A DNA stretch of 11,229 nucleotides from a virus (Duplodnaviria; Heunggongvirae; Uroviricota; Caudoviricetes), in the IMG/VR virus record IMGVR_UViG_2778261502_000002, positions 1 through 11,229 of that record. One strand, given 5' to 3'. This document shows, piece by piece, positions 1 to 7,784 of this stretch. Numbering within the stretch: position 1 is the stretch's first letter; each line of letters opens with the position of its first letter. A program made the position numbers and the translations under genes. The notes under the pieces were generated by a model that made no database searches, was not told the origin of the DNA, and was given only the letters and a program-made list of their open reading frames with translations.

Positions 1-84
1 ATGGCGGGTTATTTGTCCTGGTTATTCCCCCGTTGTAAAATCTCTCCTAAACTTAACGGTACGGCACCACACTTCGGGGATGAA

Positions 85-276
85 ATGTTCGCGCTGGTAC
101 TTTTTGTTTGCTACCTGGATGGCGGTTGTGAAGATATTGTTGTGGATGTCTACAACACGGAACAGCAGTGTCTTCATTCTATGAGCGATCAACGGATCCG
201 CCAGGGCGGTTGTTTTCCGATTGAGGATTTTATAGATGGTTTCTGGCGACCTGCGCAGGAGTACGGTGATTTTTAA
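85..276 (+). CDS. yebW: small conserved protein, YebW-like (63 aa)
   Basis: Frame is open from position 1 (track ORF 1..276); the internal ATG at 85 gives a 63-aa product MFALVLFVCYLDGG... Its stop abuts the pphA stop (276/277). Identity is recalled from the K-12 yebW-pphA neighbourhood and not verified. Confidence 0.4.
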   Translation: MFALVLFVCYLDGGCEDIVVDVYNTEQQCLHSMSDQRIRQGGCFPIEDFIDGFWRPAQEYGDF

Positions 277-933
277 TTATTGCAATTGCACAAGAGTCAG
301 TTCGCCCCCAAAGACAGCACCGGTATCAATATAATGCAGGTTGCCAATATCCACGCGATGTCGCAACGGTGTATGACCAAACCAGAAATGATCAGCACCT
401 GTAATTCCCTGCCCTTTTGGGCGTTCACCTAATCGTGAGCGGCTCCACAAGACCTGATGCAAATCAACGTCCTTTTGCCATTCATAAACATCATCTGGAT
501 AATCGGCATGAGCAATAACATGTTTGCCGGTGCGGCTGTGTACTTCAAGAATAAAGGGCAAATGCTGACATTTTTCCAGCGCCGTTTTCGCTTGTTTCTG
601 TTGATTATCTGCCAGCGCAATAAACCAGTCGCCGCCATTCATCAACCACAAAGACATCTGCTGGGATGCCAGCGCATCCATCGCCATCTGTTCATGATTG
701 CCTCTTACCGCACGAACCCAATGTTGTTCCAGTAACTGCAGACAACGTAAACTTTGCGGCCCACGATCGATAACGTCTCCCACTGAGATAAGTAAATCTC
801 GCCACGGATCAAAACGACAATGCCATAATTTGCGGCGCAACTGCTCAAGACAACCGTGTATATCGCCAGAAAGCCAGATATGTCGCCATTGATGACCCGC
901 AATTCTCTGATAAACGGGCGCAGGCTGTTTCAT
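277..933 (-). CDS. pphA: serine/threonine protein phosphatase 1 (lambda-phosphatase-like metallophosphoesterase)
   Basis: The track ORF 277..936 starts at a TTG; the first ATG is at 933, giving 218 aa MKQPAPVYQRIAGHQWRHIW... Metallophosphatase motifs GDIHG, GDVIDRG and GNHE are present. The adjacent SdsR-like fragment favours pphA over pphB. Confidence 0.8.
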   Translation of the reverse strand: MKQPAPVYQRIAGHQWRHIWLSGDIHGCLEQLRRKLWHCRFDPWRDLLISVGDVIDRGPQSLRCLQLLEQHWVRAVRGNHEQMAMDALASQQMSLWLMNGGDWFIALADNQQKQAKTALEKCQHLPFILEVHSRTGKHVIAHADYPDDVYEWQKDVDLHQVLWSRSRLGERPKGQGITGADHFWFGHTPLRHRVDIGNLHYIDTGAVFGGELTLVQLQ

Positions 934-1067
934 CAATATTTTCCTCCCGCGCTAAAGATCACATAATCTTAACAAGAATGTTAAAAAACGCTGGACTCAG
1001 ACAGTAGAGTGTGTGTTATGGTTGACTATAAAGTCAGCGAAGGAAATGCTTCTGGCTTTTAACAGAT

Positions 1068-1100
1068 AAAAAGAGACCGAACACGATTCCTGTTTTCGTC
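1068..1100 (-). ncRNA. sdsR: 3'-terminal fragment of sRNA SdsR (RyeB), terminator arm plus U-tract, probably cut by prophage insertion
   Basis: The minus strand reads ...ACAGGAAUCGUGUUCGGUCUCUUUUU (1093 down to 1068), which matches my recollection of the SdsR 3' end. The partner stem arm at 1092-1100 is degenerate (GACGAAAAC), so the hairpin cannot form. The reference sequence is recalled from memory only. Confidence 0.35.
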
Positions 1101-1397
1101 AACAAACAACAAAATCTTTTAGAATTAATGTGTTAAATAAATTTATGCTCATCTTTTAATCCCTAACACATACCATTACATATTAATACATTCAATTAGT
1201 TACCATTTTTTTCGAGTTTTTTAGAGAAATTTTCGGGAATATTTCAGATCAATCCATGCATACACAAGCAATTCCTGTATTGAATAATTCCGTAGCAATT
1301 ATGTAAAATCACCTCCGGCTGATTTTCATTCAAACTCGCGCTATCGAACGTCCATCAGCCAGCCGTGGCACGTTCTTGCATACGACGTGCTACGGTT

Positions 1398-1535
1398 TCA
1401 TTTATCTCCGACCGGACACTTCTTATACAAAGTCGATACGCCAACATCATAGATGATCGCCACCTTCTGGCGAGAAACTCCTGATGCAATTAGTCGTCCA
1501 GCCTGCGCCCATTGCTCCGGCGTGAGAGTAAGACA
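1398..1535 (-). pseudogene. C-terminal remnant of a Pin/Gin/Hin-family DNA invertase (HTH DNA-binding domain only)
   Basis: Minus-strand translation gives ...LTLTPEQWAQAGRLIASGVSRQKVAIIYDVGVSTLYKKCPVGDK*, closely resembling the Gin/Pin C-terminus as I recall it. The frame is closed by a TGA at 1554-1556, so only about 45 residues survive and there is no catalytic domain. Confidence 0.6.
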
Positions 1536-1610
1536 GTAAACTGTAGAAAAATCTCATTAAACTTAATATAATGATAAGTTACAGAATTATATTTACTGAA
1601 TAATAGATAT

Positions 1611-2156
1611 ATGAACATTAGTGAACTTAAAAACTGTATACACTATGAAGTAATAGGTTATAAACGCCCTTTCTCCTGGCGAAAAGCAATTGTTCGCGCA
1701 ATAAAACACAGAAGATTACGTTATTTATTTTGGTGGCGCATAGCAAAATATCTTTTTGATAAAGGCGGATACCGGCGAAAGGTTGCAGGAAAAATAGAAC
1801 GCTTCATTCTTGATAAATACAATGTAACCGTTCCCTTAACTGTAAATATTGGTAAAGGGTTCGACATATCTTATCTCAATGGCGTTGTTATCGGTCACAA
1901 AGTTACAATAGGTGAAAATTGTTCAATTAAGCCTGGAGTAACTATTGGACTTCGCGGTGAATTTAATGATATGGATATTGTCATAGGAAATAATGTAACC
2001 ATCGGCTGTAACGCCACCATCCTTGGTGGCAAAGTGCATATAGGGAATAATGTAAAAATAGGAGCTCATGCATTGGTACTGCATGACATTCCTGATGACT
2101 CCACATTCATTACTAAATTTCACTCTGAAATTATTTATAACTCATCTCACACATAA
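1611..2156 (+). CDS. hexapeptide-repeat (left-handed beta-helix) O-acetyltransferase, WcaB/CysE-like
   Basis: 181-aa ORF with ATG start and tandem hexapeptide repeats (VIGHKVTIGENCSI, VTIGLRG, IVIGNNVTIGCNATILGG, VHIGNNVKIGAHALV). GC content is visibly lower than the flanking phage genes. The only plus-strand gene inside the tail-fibre locus. Confidence 0.7.
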   Translation: MNISELKNCIHYEVIGYKRPFSWRKAIVRAIKHRRLRYLFWWRIAKYLFDKGGYRRKVAGKIERFILDKYNVTVPLTVNIGKGFDISYLNGVVIGHKVTIGENCSIKPGVTIGLRGEFNDMDIVIGNNVTIGCNATILGGKVHIGNNVKIGAHALVLHDIPDDSTFITKFHSEIIYNSSHT

Positions 2157-2166
2157 TTCCGTTTAA

Positions 2167-2739
2167 TCACAGCTCTGGCCATACGATATCCGGGGCTGTA
2201 TTTATATCAATCCGACTCACTAATACCCGGTATTTTTTCCAGGAAGATAGCATCGAGACTTCTTCATCAGTTGCCATTTCAAAATTAACAGCATCCTGCA
2301 GAATTGTTATGTTATCAGTCGCATCCTGGATTAATCTTGCCTTTTTCTCTTCCGCCTCCCGGATCCGGAACAGTTTTTCTGCTTCTGCATCTTTCACCCA
2401 AGCTGTGCCGTTCCACTTCTGAAACTCCCCATCCGGCGACAACCAGGTGACATTTTCCGGTAATGGGCCAAGTTCAGAAATAAATAACGCGTCGCCGGAA
2501 GCCACGTCATAGACGGTTTTATCCCGATGGTCTTCAACGAGATGCCACGATACCTCATCACTGTTGAAAACAGCCACAAAGCCAGCCGGAATATCTGGCG
2601 GTGCAATATCGGTACTGTTTGCTGGCAGACCTGTATGAGGCGGAATATATGCGTCACCTTCACCAATAAATTCATTAGTTCCGGCCAGCAGATTATAAAT
2701 TTTTATGGTCCGTGCTTGTTCAGTCATTCTGAAATCCAT
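2167..2739 (-). CDS. tail fibre assembly protein (Tfa; lambda Tfa / Mu U family)
   Basis: 190-aa ORF, ATG at 2739 with AGAGGT ribosome-binding site 5 nt upstream. Sequence [41 protein letters not shown]... matches the Tfa family as recalled from K-12 TfaE/TfaR. Confidence 0.85.
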   Translation of the reverse strand: MDFRMTEQARTIKIYNLLAGTNEFIGEGDAYIPPHTGLPANSTDIAPPDIPAGFVAVFNSDEVSWHLVEDHRDKTVYDVASGDALFISELGPLPENVTWLSPDGEFQKWNGTAWVKDAEAEKLFRIREAEEKKARLIQDATDNITILQDAVNFEMATDEEVSMLSSWKKYRVLVSRIDINTAPDIVWPEL

Positions 2740-2747
2740 GTTTACCT

Positions 2748-3650
2748 CTACTTAATATCAGAGACAGAATATTGTTTATTGAGCGTATGGGTGTGAGCAC
2801 CAATAACGATGCTACTTCCGTGGCTATGTGCGCCAGAGGTGACATTACCTACGGGATTTTCTGGATTAATCCGATGTATATGCGAATCAGGGCGAAACCG
2901 GTTATTAGCCTGATGTTGTATCAGTACATCATCAGCCTGATGTTCAGGATTAATACAGACCTGCCCGGAACGTGAGCAATACGTCCGATAATCGCCGCAT
3001 CCAATATATTTAGTATCCGCATAACGGCAAACAGAATTACCCGGACAGTATGCATATGTGCCAAATACTGCCGACTGGCGAGATTGTGCGTATTCCCAGT
3101 TAATTGATTCTGTTTTTTTATTAAAGTTATCCCAGGCCTGCTTCATCTGGCGGGCAACACTTTCAAACGGCACCTGACCACATCCGGCCCCCATTGCAGG
3201 GAATACCACCGTGGTTATTTTCCTGTCTGTTGTTGCGTTTTTATTGTGCTGAAAGATGGCAAGTAAAGCGGCCCACGTAGCGTTATATACAGCGTCTGTT
3301 CCATCAATTGTCAGCGGAACACGCATTGTTGGCGCATGTACCAGCCAGGGGTGATGATTATGCCCCGTTTCAATCACAAATGCAGAACCTACAGGCTGTT
3401 CGCCTAGATATTCACGAAGAATATGATTCTGAACGCGGGACTGTAACTGAGTACCGAAGAATGCGGTAATGGCGGCATCAACGCCTCCATCCATCAGGCC
3501 GAAACTATTTGCCGCACTTACCATGCAGTCAAATTCTCTGATTGTTTCAAATGGCTTTCCGACAATATTCACATTATCTGCATTTGCGAATACCCGCTTA
3601 AATGCTTCAGCCATTTCTGTTACTGGTGCAGAAAGAATGAGCGTAATCAT
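2748..3650 (-). CDS. macro-domain protein (ADP-ribose-binding/processing fold) with Cys-rich, HxH-containing C-terminal module
   Basis: 300-aa ORF whose ATG (3650-3648) overlaps the fibre gene stop as ATGA, with a GAGG site upstream. The N-terminal ~175 aa carry the macro signature: [18 protein letters not shown] (N-x6-GGVD loop) and [14 protein letters not shown] (second phosphate-binding loop). They align colinearly with YmdB/MacroD as recalled. The C-terminal ~125 aa have 6 Cys and HIH/HSH/HTH motifs. Confidence 0.7.
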   Translation of the reverse strand: MITLILSAPVTEMAEAFKRVFANADNVNIVGKPFETIREFDCMVSAANSFGLMDGGVDAAITAFFGTQLQSRVQNHILREYLGEQPVGSAFVIETGHNHHPWLVHAPTMRVPLTIDGTDAVYNATWAALLAIFQHNKNATTDRKITTVVFPAMGAGCGQVPFESVARQMKQAWDNFNKKTESINWEYAQSRQSAVFGTYAYCPGNSVCRYADTKYIGCGDYRTYCSRSGQVCINPEHQADDVLIQHQANNRFRPDSHIHRINPENPVGNVTSGAHSHGSSIVIGAHTHTLNKQYSVSDIK

Positions 3651-4762
3651 GCAAGCCTCACAATATAGTTAAATGCGATGTTTTTGACGGTGTTTTCCGC
3701 GTTACCAGCAGCGTTAACGGTGATGGTGTGTCCATGTGAGCCAATTGCAACGGAGTGCGTATGTGCACCAATACCGACAGTATGTGTATGCGCCCCAGCA
3801 CTTGCTGCAGTACCTGATACTGAGTGGGTATGCGCGCCAGCAGAATTCGTTGCACCTAAGTGAGTTTGAGCAGAGTTCGACGAAGCTACTCTACCGGAGC
3901 TAACGTTAGCATTATCCCCCTGAGATATCGGATGCGTATGTGCACCTGCTGAAGCTGCTGTTCCGCTAACGCTATGGGTATGCGCACCAGTGTTATTCGT
4001 AGATTTAGTTCCATAATCAAACGATGATGTGTTTTTTGTCCCTAAATCTGTATTTGAAGCACTGGCGCTGTGGGTGTGCGATTTAATGCCGTCCTGTTCC
4101 AGGCTAAGAACATCACGTCCACTTGCAGGCTTACCTTTGATTGTCCAGCCACGCATATCAGGGATCACGCCTGACGGATAAGCGGCTGCAAGTTTCGGGT
4201 ATGCAGACTTGTCAAAAGTCTGTCCCTGCATCAGAGCATAACCAGATGGAACTGTATCTGATGGCCACGGGATCGGGGCACCTACAGGAAAGGTCGAATT
4301 ATTTTCCAAACCAAGATATTTAAGGACATCAGCAACAGAGCTTTTTGCCAAAATATCTCGCCCAACCTGTGTCAGGTCAGCCAAATTAGCGGTATCTTGA
4401 TTGGTAAAATACGGTAATTTGTTTTCGGATGCTGAAAGATTAGCAAGTGCGGTAAGTATGGCATTAATTCTCTGATAGTTCTTATCTAATGCAGACGACA
4501 TTTTTGCGATAAAGCCGGCCTGATCGCCATCGTCCTGTACATCCAGTCCACTTTCATTTGCTGTATATTGTGCTATTGCAGATGCAATAAAGCTGGCCTG
4601 CCGAATAACCTTATTGACTTGCGCACTGGATGCTTTCCCTGCTGTAAATCCGGATAAAAGCGCAGGCAACGCTTCCCATTCCTCCTGCGACATAACATTG
4701 GCATTTTTACCCGTTGCGAATGCTTTAAAGTCATTTTTTGCCATCAGAGTAATACTCCCCAT
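3647..4762 (-). CDS. side tail fibre protein with HxH-repeat distal domain
   Basis: 371-aa ORF. An alternative ATG at 4744 overlaps the upstream gene stop (TGATG) and may be the true start. The C-terminal third contains seven HxH motifs and a duplicated 19-aa unit [19 protein letters not shown]. Position between baseplate genes and tfa fits a fibre gene. Confidence 0.8.
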   Translation of the reverse strand: MGSITLMAKNDFKAFATGKNANVMSQEEWEALPALLSGFTAGKASSAQVNKVIRQASFIASAIAQYTANESGLDVQDDGDQAGFIAKMSSALDKNYQRINAILTALANLSASENKLPYFTNQDTANLADLTQVGRDILAKSSVADVLKYLGLENNSTFPVGAPIPWPSDTVPSGYALMQGQTFDKSAYPKLAAAYPSGVIPDMRGWTIKGKPASGRDVLSLEQDGIKSHTHSASASNTDLGTKNTSSFDYGTKSTNNTGAHTHSVSGTAASAGAHTHPISQGDNANVSSGRVASSNSAQTHLGATNSAGAHTHSVSGTAASAGAHTHTVGIGAHTHSVAIGSHGHTITVNAAGNAENTVKNIAFNYIVRLA

Positions 4763-5424
4763 GCCCCTACATCAAAACCACTGATAAATTCGTTATCCAT
4801 ATCAAAACCAAAAAATTTTGAACCTTCCGATGGGGTTTCCACCGAAGGTGTTTCAATGCCACCCGCCCACACCCCGGCGGCTTTTACTGTGAGATATCCC
4901 TGTTTAATTGCAGCAATTAACTCACGCGATACATCTGAAATATCTGTATCAGGAAAGGCCCAGACCGATATCGTCATGTCCTGGTTATCGACAATCTGCA
5001 TTCGCAGCCCGGATCCTGCTGTCGCCGCGTCAAGAATTGCTGGAAGCGAATCATTCCGTCCGTCCCAGTTATTAATCGCAATCTTCGCTTTAAGGATGAC
5101 ACGATAAGTTTCATCGCTGAGGTACATGTATCCGTAATCAGGATCGTATGGCCCCTGCCATACACCCTGATCATATCCAAGCCCGTCGGTATCCCAGCTG
5201 AAATAGACACCTGAGATAAGCTGGCTGACAACACGACTACGTCCGATCCACAATCCCAGAATGTCAAGTTGCACACCAACCGCGGAGTCAATATCAAATG
5301 CAGTAATCAACCCTCTGGTGGCCGCCGCAACATCAATAAGCGGCCGGGTCATCAGATCAACATGCGCAAGAAATTTAGGTTTGGTGGCGTGGTAGTTCGT
5401 GATTAGTTCGGTGTATTTGCTCAT
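4744..5424 (-). CDS. baseplate protein, Mu gp48 / P2 gpI-like (YmfQ/DUF2313-type)
   Basis: 226-aa ORF whose ATG overlaps the J-like gene stop (ATGA at 5421-5424). Assignment rests on position between the J-like gene and the fibre gene, plus family resemblance. Confidence 0.7.
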   Translation of the reverse strand: MSKYTELITNYHATKPKFLAHVDLMTRPLIDVAAATRGLITAFDIDSAVGVQLDILGLWIGRSRVVSQLISGVYFSWDTDGLGYDQGVWQGPYDPDYGYMYLSDETYRVILKAKIAINNWDGRNDSLPAILDAATAGSGLRMQIVDNQDMTISVWAFPDTDISDVSRELIAAIKQGYLTVKAAGVWAGGIETPSVETPSEGSKFFGFDMDNEFISGFDVGAWGVLL

Positions 5425-6620
5425 GACTCCACCGTTATAACGATATTTTCCGGGGTACAGGACGCAGATTCGTTATATCTGATATCAATGTTTGATGACG
5501 ACAAAGCCCCCGGAGATTTACCAATCGTCAGTTCCTGAATATCGTAATAGCGTGCATTCCCGCCACTCACCACGCCAAGATTCGCCGGTGAGTAAATGCG
5601 ACTTAAAAGGACCGAATCACCGATCGTCAGACTATTGATATAGTCGGAAATAGCCTGCTGGATCTGCTGCCCTATCTGTGAGGTATAACCCGTAAAAACT
5701 TTTAATTTAATCCGGGCATAAACAGGCACATCACTGGAACGCGAGAATTTGATTACATGGGGATTGCCGTATTTATCCGGAACCGTAACGGATGTTGTAC
5801 CGTGAGTGGCTGTCCCCTGGCCTTTATTCCCTCTGATAGCCTGAGCAATATCCGTTACATCACCGCCATCCACAATTACAGCAACAGAGTGTGGCGGTAA
5901 CCCGTTACCGTCCTCCGAACCAGTATCGTTTTCATAGAGTTTGTGGCGGGTTACACCGGTAACATTAGAAACAGCACCATCCAGTGCTTCAAATGGGGTT
6001 ATTGATGGCAACGCAACACTTTGCGACTGGCGGATACGTAACTCCGCATCAGTTTCTGCCGGAGTGCCCACAGTAGCCGCAGCAGGATTAGTTACCGAAA
6101 CCCAGCCACGGGTTGGCGTATTAATTTCAGTGATAGTTCCAGCCAGCGCCGCCACTGCACCACTGACGGAACATTTTGCGGTCACCATCACTGTACCATC
6201 CACGCCGACCACCACTGAAGCAGGCAAACGCCATATCACATTATTACTGTCTTTCACGCTGCCATTAATGATGGTTGTTCCGGCAGTTCCTGTAAGAAGC
6301 AAATCAACCGTAGAATTCGTCGCGCCTTTACGTGAAATACCATTTATTTTCACGTTACTGGTCAGTGCAGCCCCATAGCCGGTTGCCGGTGAAAAACAGT
6401 TGTAGACAGTTATCGCCATATTATTGGCATCATGAATCGCCAGCGCCATCAGAGCCACCATCTGGCCGTCTTTGCTGTCCGGTTCGAGGTAGGCATCACT
6501 GCCATAAATCTGCTGAAAATAGCTAATCAGGGTGCTGAGTATCGTCTGATAATCAGGCGCACTGATCCCCTCCGCGGTTACCTTTGCAGATAAACCGAGA
6601 GAATCAAGGTTCAGAGCCAT
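5421..6620 (-). CDS. baseplate J-like protein (Mu gp47 / P2 gpJ / T4 gp6 family)
   Basis: 399-aa ORF, ATG at 6620 overlapping the upstream stop (TAATG). Size and position in the spike / gp25-like / J / I gene order support the call. Confidence 0.75.
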   Translation of the reverse strand: MALNLDSLGLSAKVTAEGISAPDYQTILSTLISYFQQIYGSDAYLEPDSKDGQMVALMALAIHDANNMAITVYNCFSPATGYGAALTSNVKINGISRKGATNSTVDLLLTGTAGTTIINGSVKDSNNVIWRLPASVVVGVDGTVMVTAKCSVSGAVAALAGTITEINTPTRGWVSVTNPAAATVGTPAETDAELRIRQSQSVALPSITPFEALDGAVSNVTGVTRHKLYENDTGSEDGNGLPPHSVAVIVDGGDVTDIAQAIRGNKGQGTATHGTTSVTVPDKYGNPHVIKFSRSSDVPVYARIKLKVFTGYTSQIGQQIQQAISDYINSLTIGDSVLLSRIYSPANLGVVSGGNARYYDIQELTIGKSPGALSSSNIDIRYNESASCTPENIVITVES

Positions 6621-6973
6621 TACGCCTCCGATGTAACAGTCGTTATTCCATAGAGAGTGTCGATTTCAGCGGAAAACATGACACGTCGGGTCGTGGTATC
6701 CACCGTCGTATTGAAAGAGAGGATTGATTTAACGCCCCGCGTTTCGAGGATGCGCTTACGGATCGCCAGGTTGTAGGTTTCCGGCTTCTGCTTACCGAGT
6801 ACGGACTGGATCCACGGAGTCCCCTCGGTGGTGTCGAGAAACCATTGCCCATACCACAATTCGAATCGCGTTTTTACCGCCTGCGCCACGGCCTCCGGTG
6901 AGTTAATCAGCCAGGTGTCATCACCGCTGCCAAAGGTGTAATCGCCATCGGCGTCTTCACGTCTGTATCGCAT
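6620..6973 (-). CDS. small baseplate protein (gpW/gp25-like, Mu gp46 position)
   Basis: 117-aa ORF, ATG at 6973 overlapping the spike gene stop (ATGA). Assigned by size and position between spike and J-like genes; the family call is tentative. Confidence 0.55.
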   Translation of the reverse strand: MRYRREDADGDYTFGSGDDTWLINSPEAVAQAVKTRFELWYGQWFLDTTEGTPWIQSVLGKQKPETYNLAIRKRILETRGVKSILSFNTTVDTTTRRVMFSAEIDTLYGITTVTSEA

Positions 6974-7725
6974 CAGTTTACCCCATCGGTATTGCTTCCA
7001 CCGCGCTGAACACCGCCATGAGTGTGCGTATCATCGATTGGCTTGCCGTTAGCCTTCACGCTACCCAAAAACTCAACAGCACCAGTGATTTTTGAAGCCA
7101 CACCAGAAACAACAGACCCCACCATGCCACCCATCCAGGTTAACAGGCCATGAATGGTTACTTTCTCAGAAAAATCAGCCAGGGGGGCAACCACATCAAG
7201 CCCCCCCGGAGCGACAATTTTAATTTTCCTGGTATCAGGATTAAGCTCAAAATAGGTGCTGCCGTCGTCACTACGCAACTGTGTGGCACTGGTATTAATA
7301 CCGCTAATCTTCCTAGCTTGCGACTGGGGACCGACAATACAAAACGCATCCGATAAATCATGCATTCTGTCATCAACAGGCTCCTGTATCCCGCCGCTCT
7401 GCCACCAGAAATCAATACAACGATCGGCAAAAACGACAAGACACTCATCCCCGGCTTTTACCGGAAAAGTCAACGTACAGCCTCCGCCGCGCGGGAATAC
7501 CACTGGCACATCCACCAGCAGGGGTAATGTCGTCGACTGGTTGATTCCATTTGAGTCCGGCTCATAGCCTTTAATCGCAGGTTGAACAACCACTGTTACC
7601 GTGTCCGGATCAAATGACTGGACGATGCCGGGCATAGAAACACGCAGCGCCGACATGACAGAGCCAGCAAGTCTTACATCGGCCTGTTCTTTGCTACCAA
7701 GTTGAGCGCTTAAAGAAACGGGCAT
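6973..7725 (-). CDS. baseplate spike / assembly protein V-like (Mu gp45 / P2 gpV family)
   Basis: 250-aa ORF, ATG at 7725 with a GGAGA site 7 nt upstream. Contains a GDECLVVFADR segment that fits the gpV N-terminal fold as I recall it. C-terminus GKPIDDTHTHGG has an HxH motif as in metal-loaded spike tips. Confidence 0.7.
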   Translation of the reverse strand: MPVSLSAQLGSKEQADVRLAGSVMSALRVSMPGIVQSFDPDTVTVVVQPAIKGYEPDSNGINQSTTLPLLVDVPVVFPRGGGCTLTFPVKAGDECLVVFADRCIDFWWQSGGIQEPVDDRMHDLSDAFCIVGPQSQARKISGINTSATQLRSDDGSTYFELNPDTRKIKIVAPGGLDVVAPLADFSEKVTIHGLLTWMGGMVGSVVSGVASKITGAVEFLGSVKANGKPIDDTHTHGGVQRGGSNTDGVN

Positions 7726-7744
7726 TCATATGTCTCCAGAAAGT

Positions 7745-7766
7745 AAAAAACCCGCCGGGTGGCGGG
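7745..7766 (-). terminator. rho-independent terminator for minus-strand transcription
   Basis: Perfect 6-bp GC stem CCCGCC/GGCGGG (7751-7756 and 7761-7766) with a 4-nt loop, followed on the minus strand by UUUUUU (7750-7745). Lies 19 nt downstream of the small membrane protein gene stop. Confidence 0.7.
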
Positions 7767-7784
7767 TTCATTATTGAAGTTTCA

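Noticed and set aside
1-84. N-terminal extension of the first ORF (start at position 1)
   Set aside because: The window begins mid-sequence; the internal ATG at 85 gives the expected small protein, so the upstream codons are probably untranslated or belong to an upstream feature.
429-902. Four overlapping ORFs (429..638 -, 457..735 +, 698..892 +, 705..902 -) inside pphA
   Set aside because: All fall within or antisense to the well-supported phosphatase gene, which carries conserved catalytic motifs.
1368-1390. Inverted repeat GCACGT-N11-ACGTGC downstream of the invertase remnant
   Set aside because: Short stem, long loop and no U-tract on either strand; not convincing as a terminator or recombination site.
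1923-2123. 66-aa minus-strand ORF inside the acetyltransferase gene
   Set aside because: Antisense to the hexapeptide-repeat gene; no independent support.
2394-2975. ORFs 2394..2675 (-), 2527..2796 (+) and 2772..2975 (+) overlapping tfa and the macro ORF
   Set aside because: Alternative-frame or antisense ORFs within genes that have clear family signatures.
3640-3655. Possibility that the macro domain is made as a frameshift or read-through fusion to the fibre protein
   Set aside because: The macro frame is -1 relative to the fibre stop but there is no slippery heptamer. It has its own ATG and GAGG site, so coupled reinitiation is the simpler explanation.
4771-4790. Sequence ATCAAAACCACTGATAAATT resembling an invertase crossover half-site
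   Set aside because: Only the outer half-site elements are present and the central GGTTT core is missing. It lies at the 5' end of the fibre gene, not at a constant/variable boundary. Likely chance.
3678-6526. Plus-strand ORFs inside the tail genes (3678..3863, 4141..4323, 4856..5107, 5941..6378, 6332..6526)
   Set aside because: Antisense to tightly coupled structural genes; typical GC-rich shadow frames (Ala/Pro/Arg-rich products).
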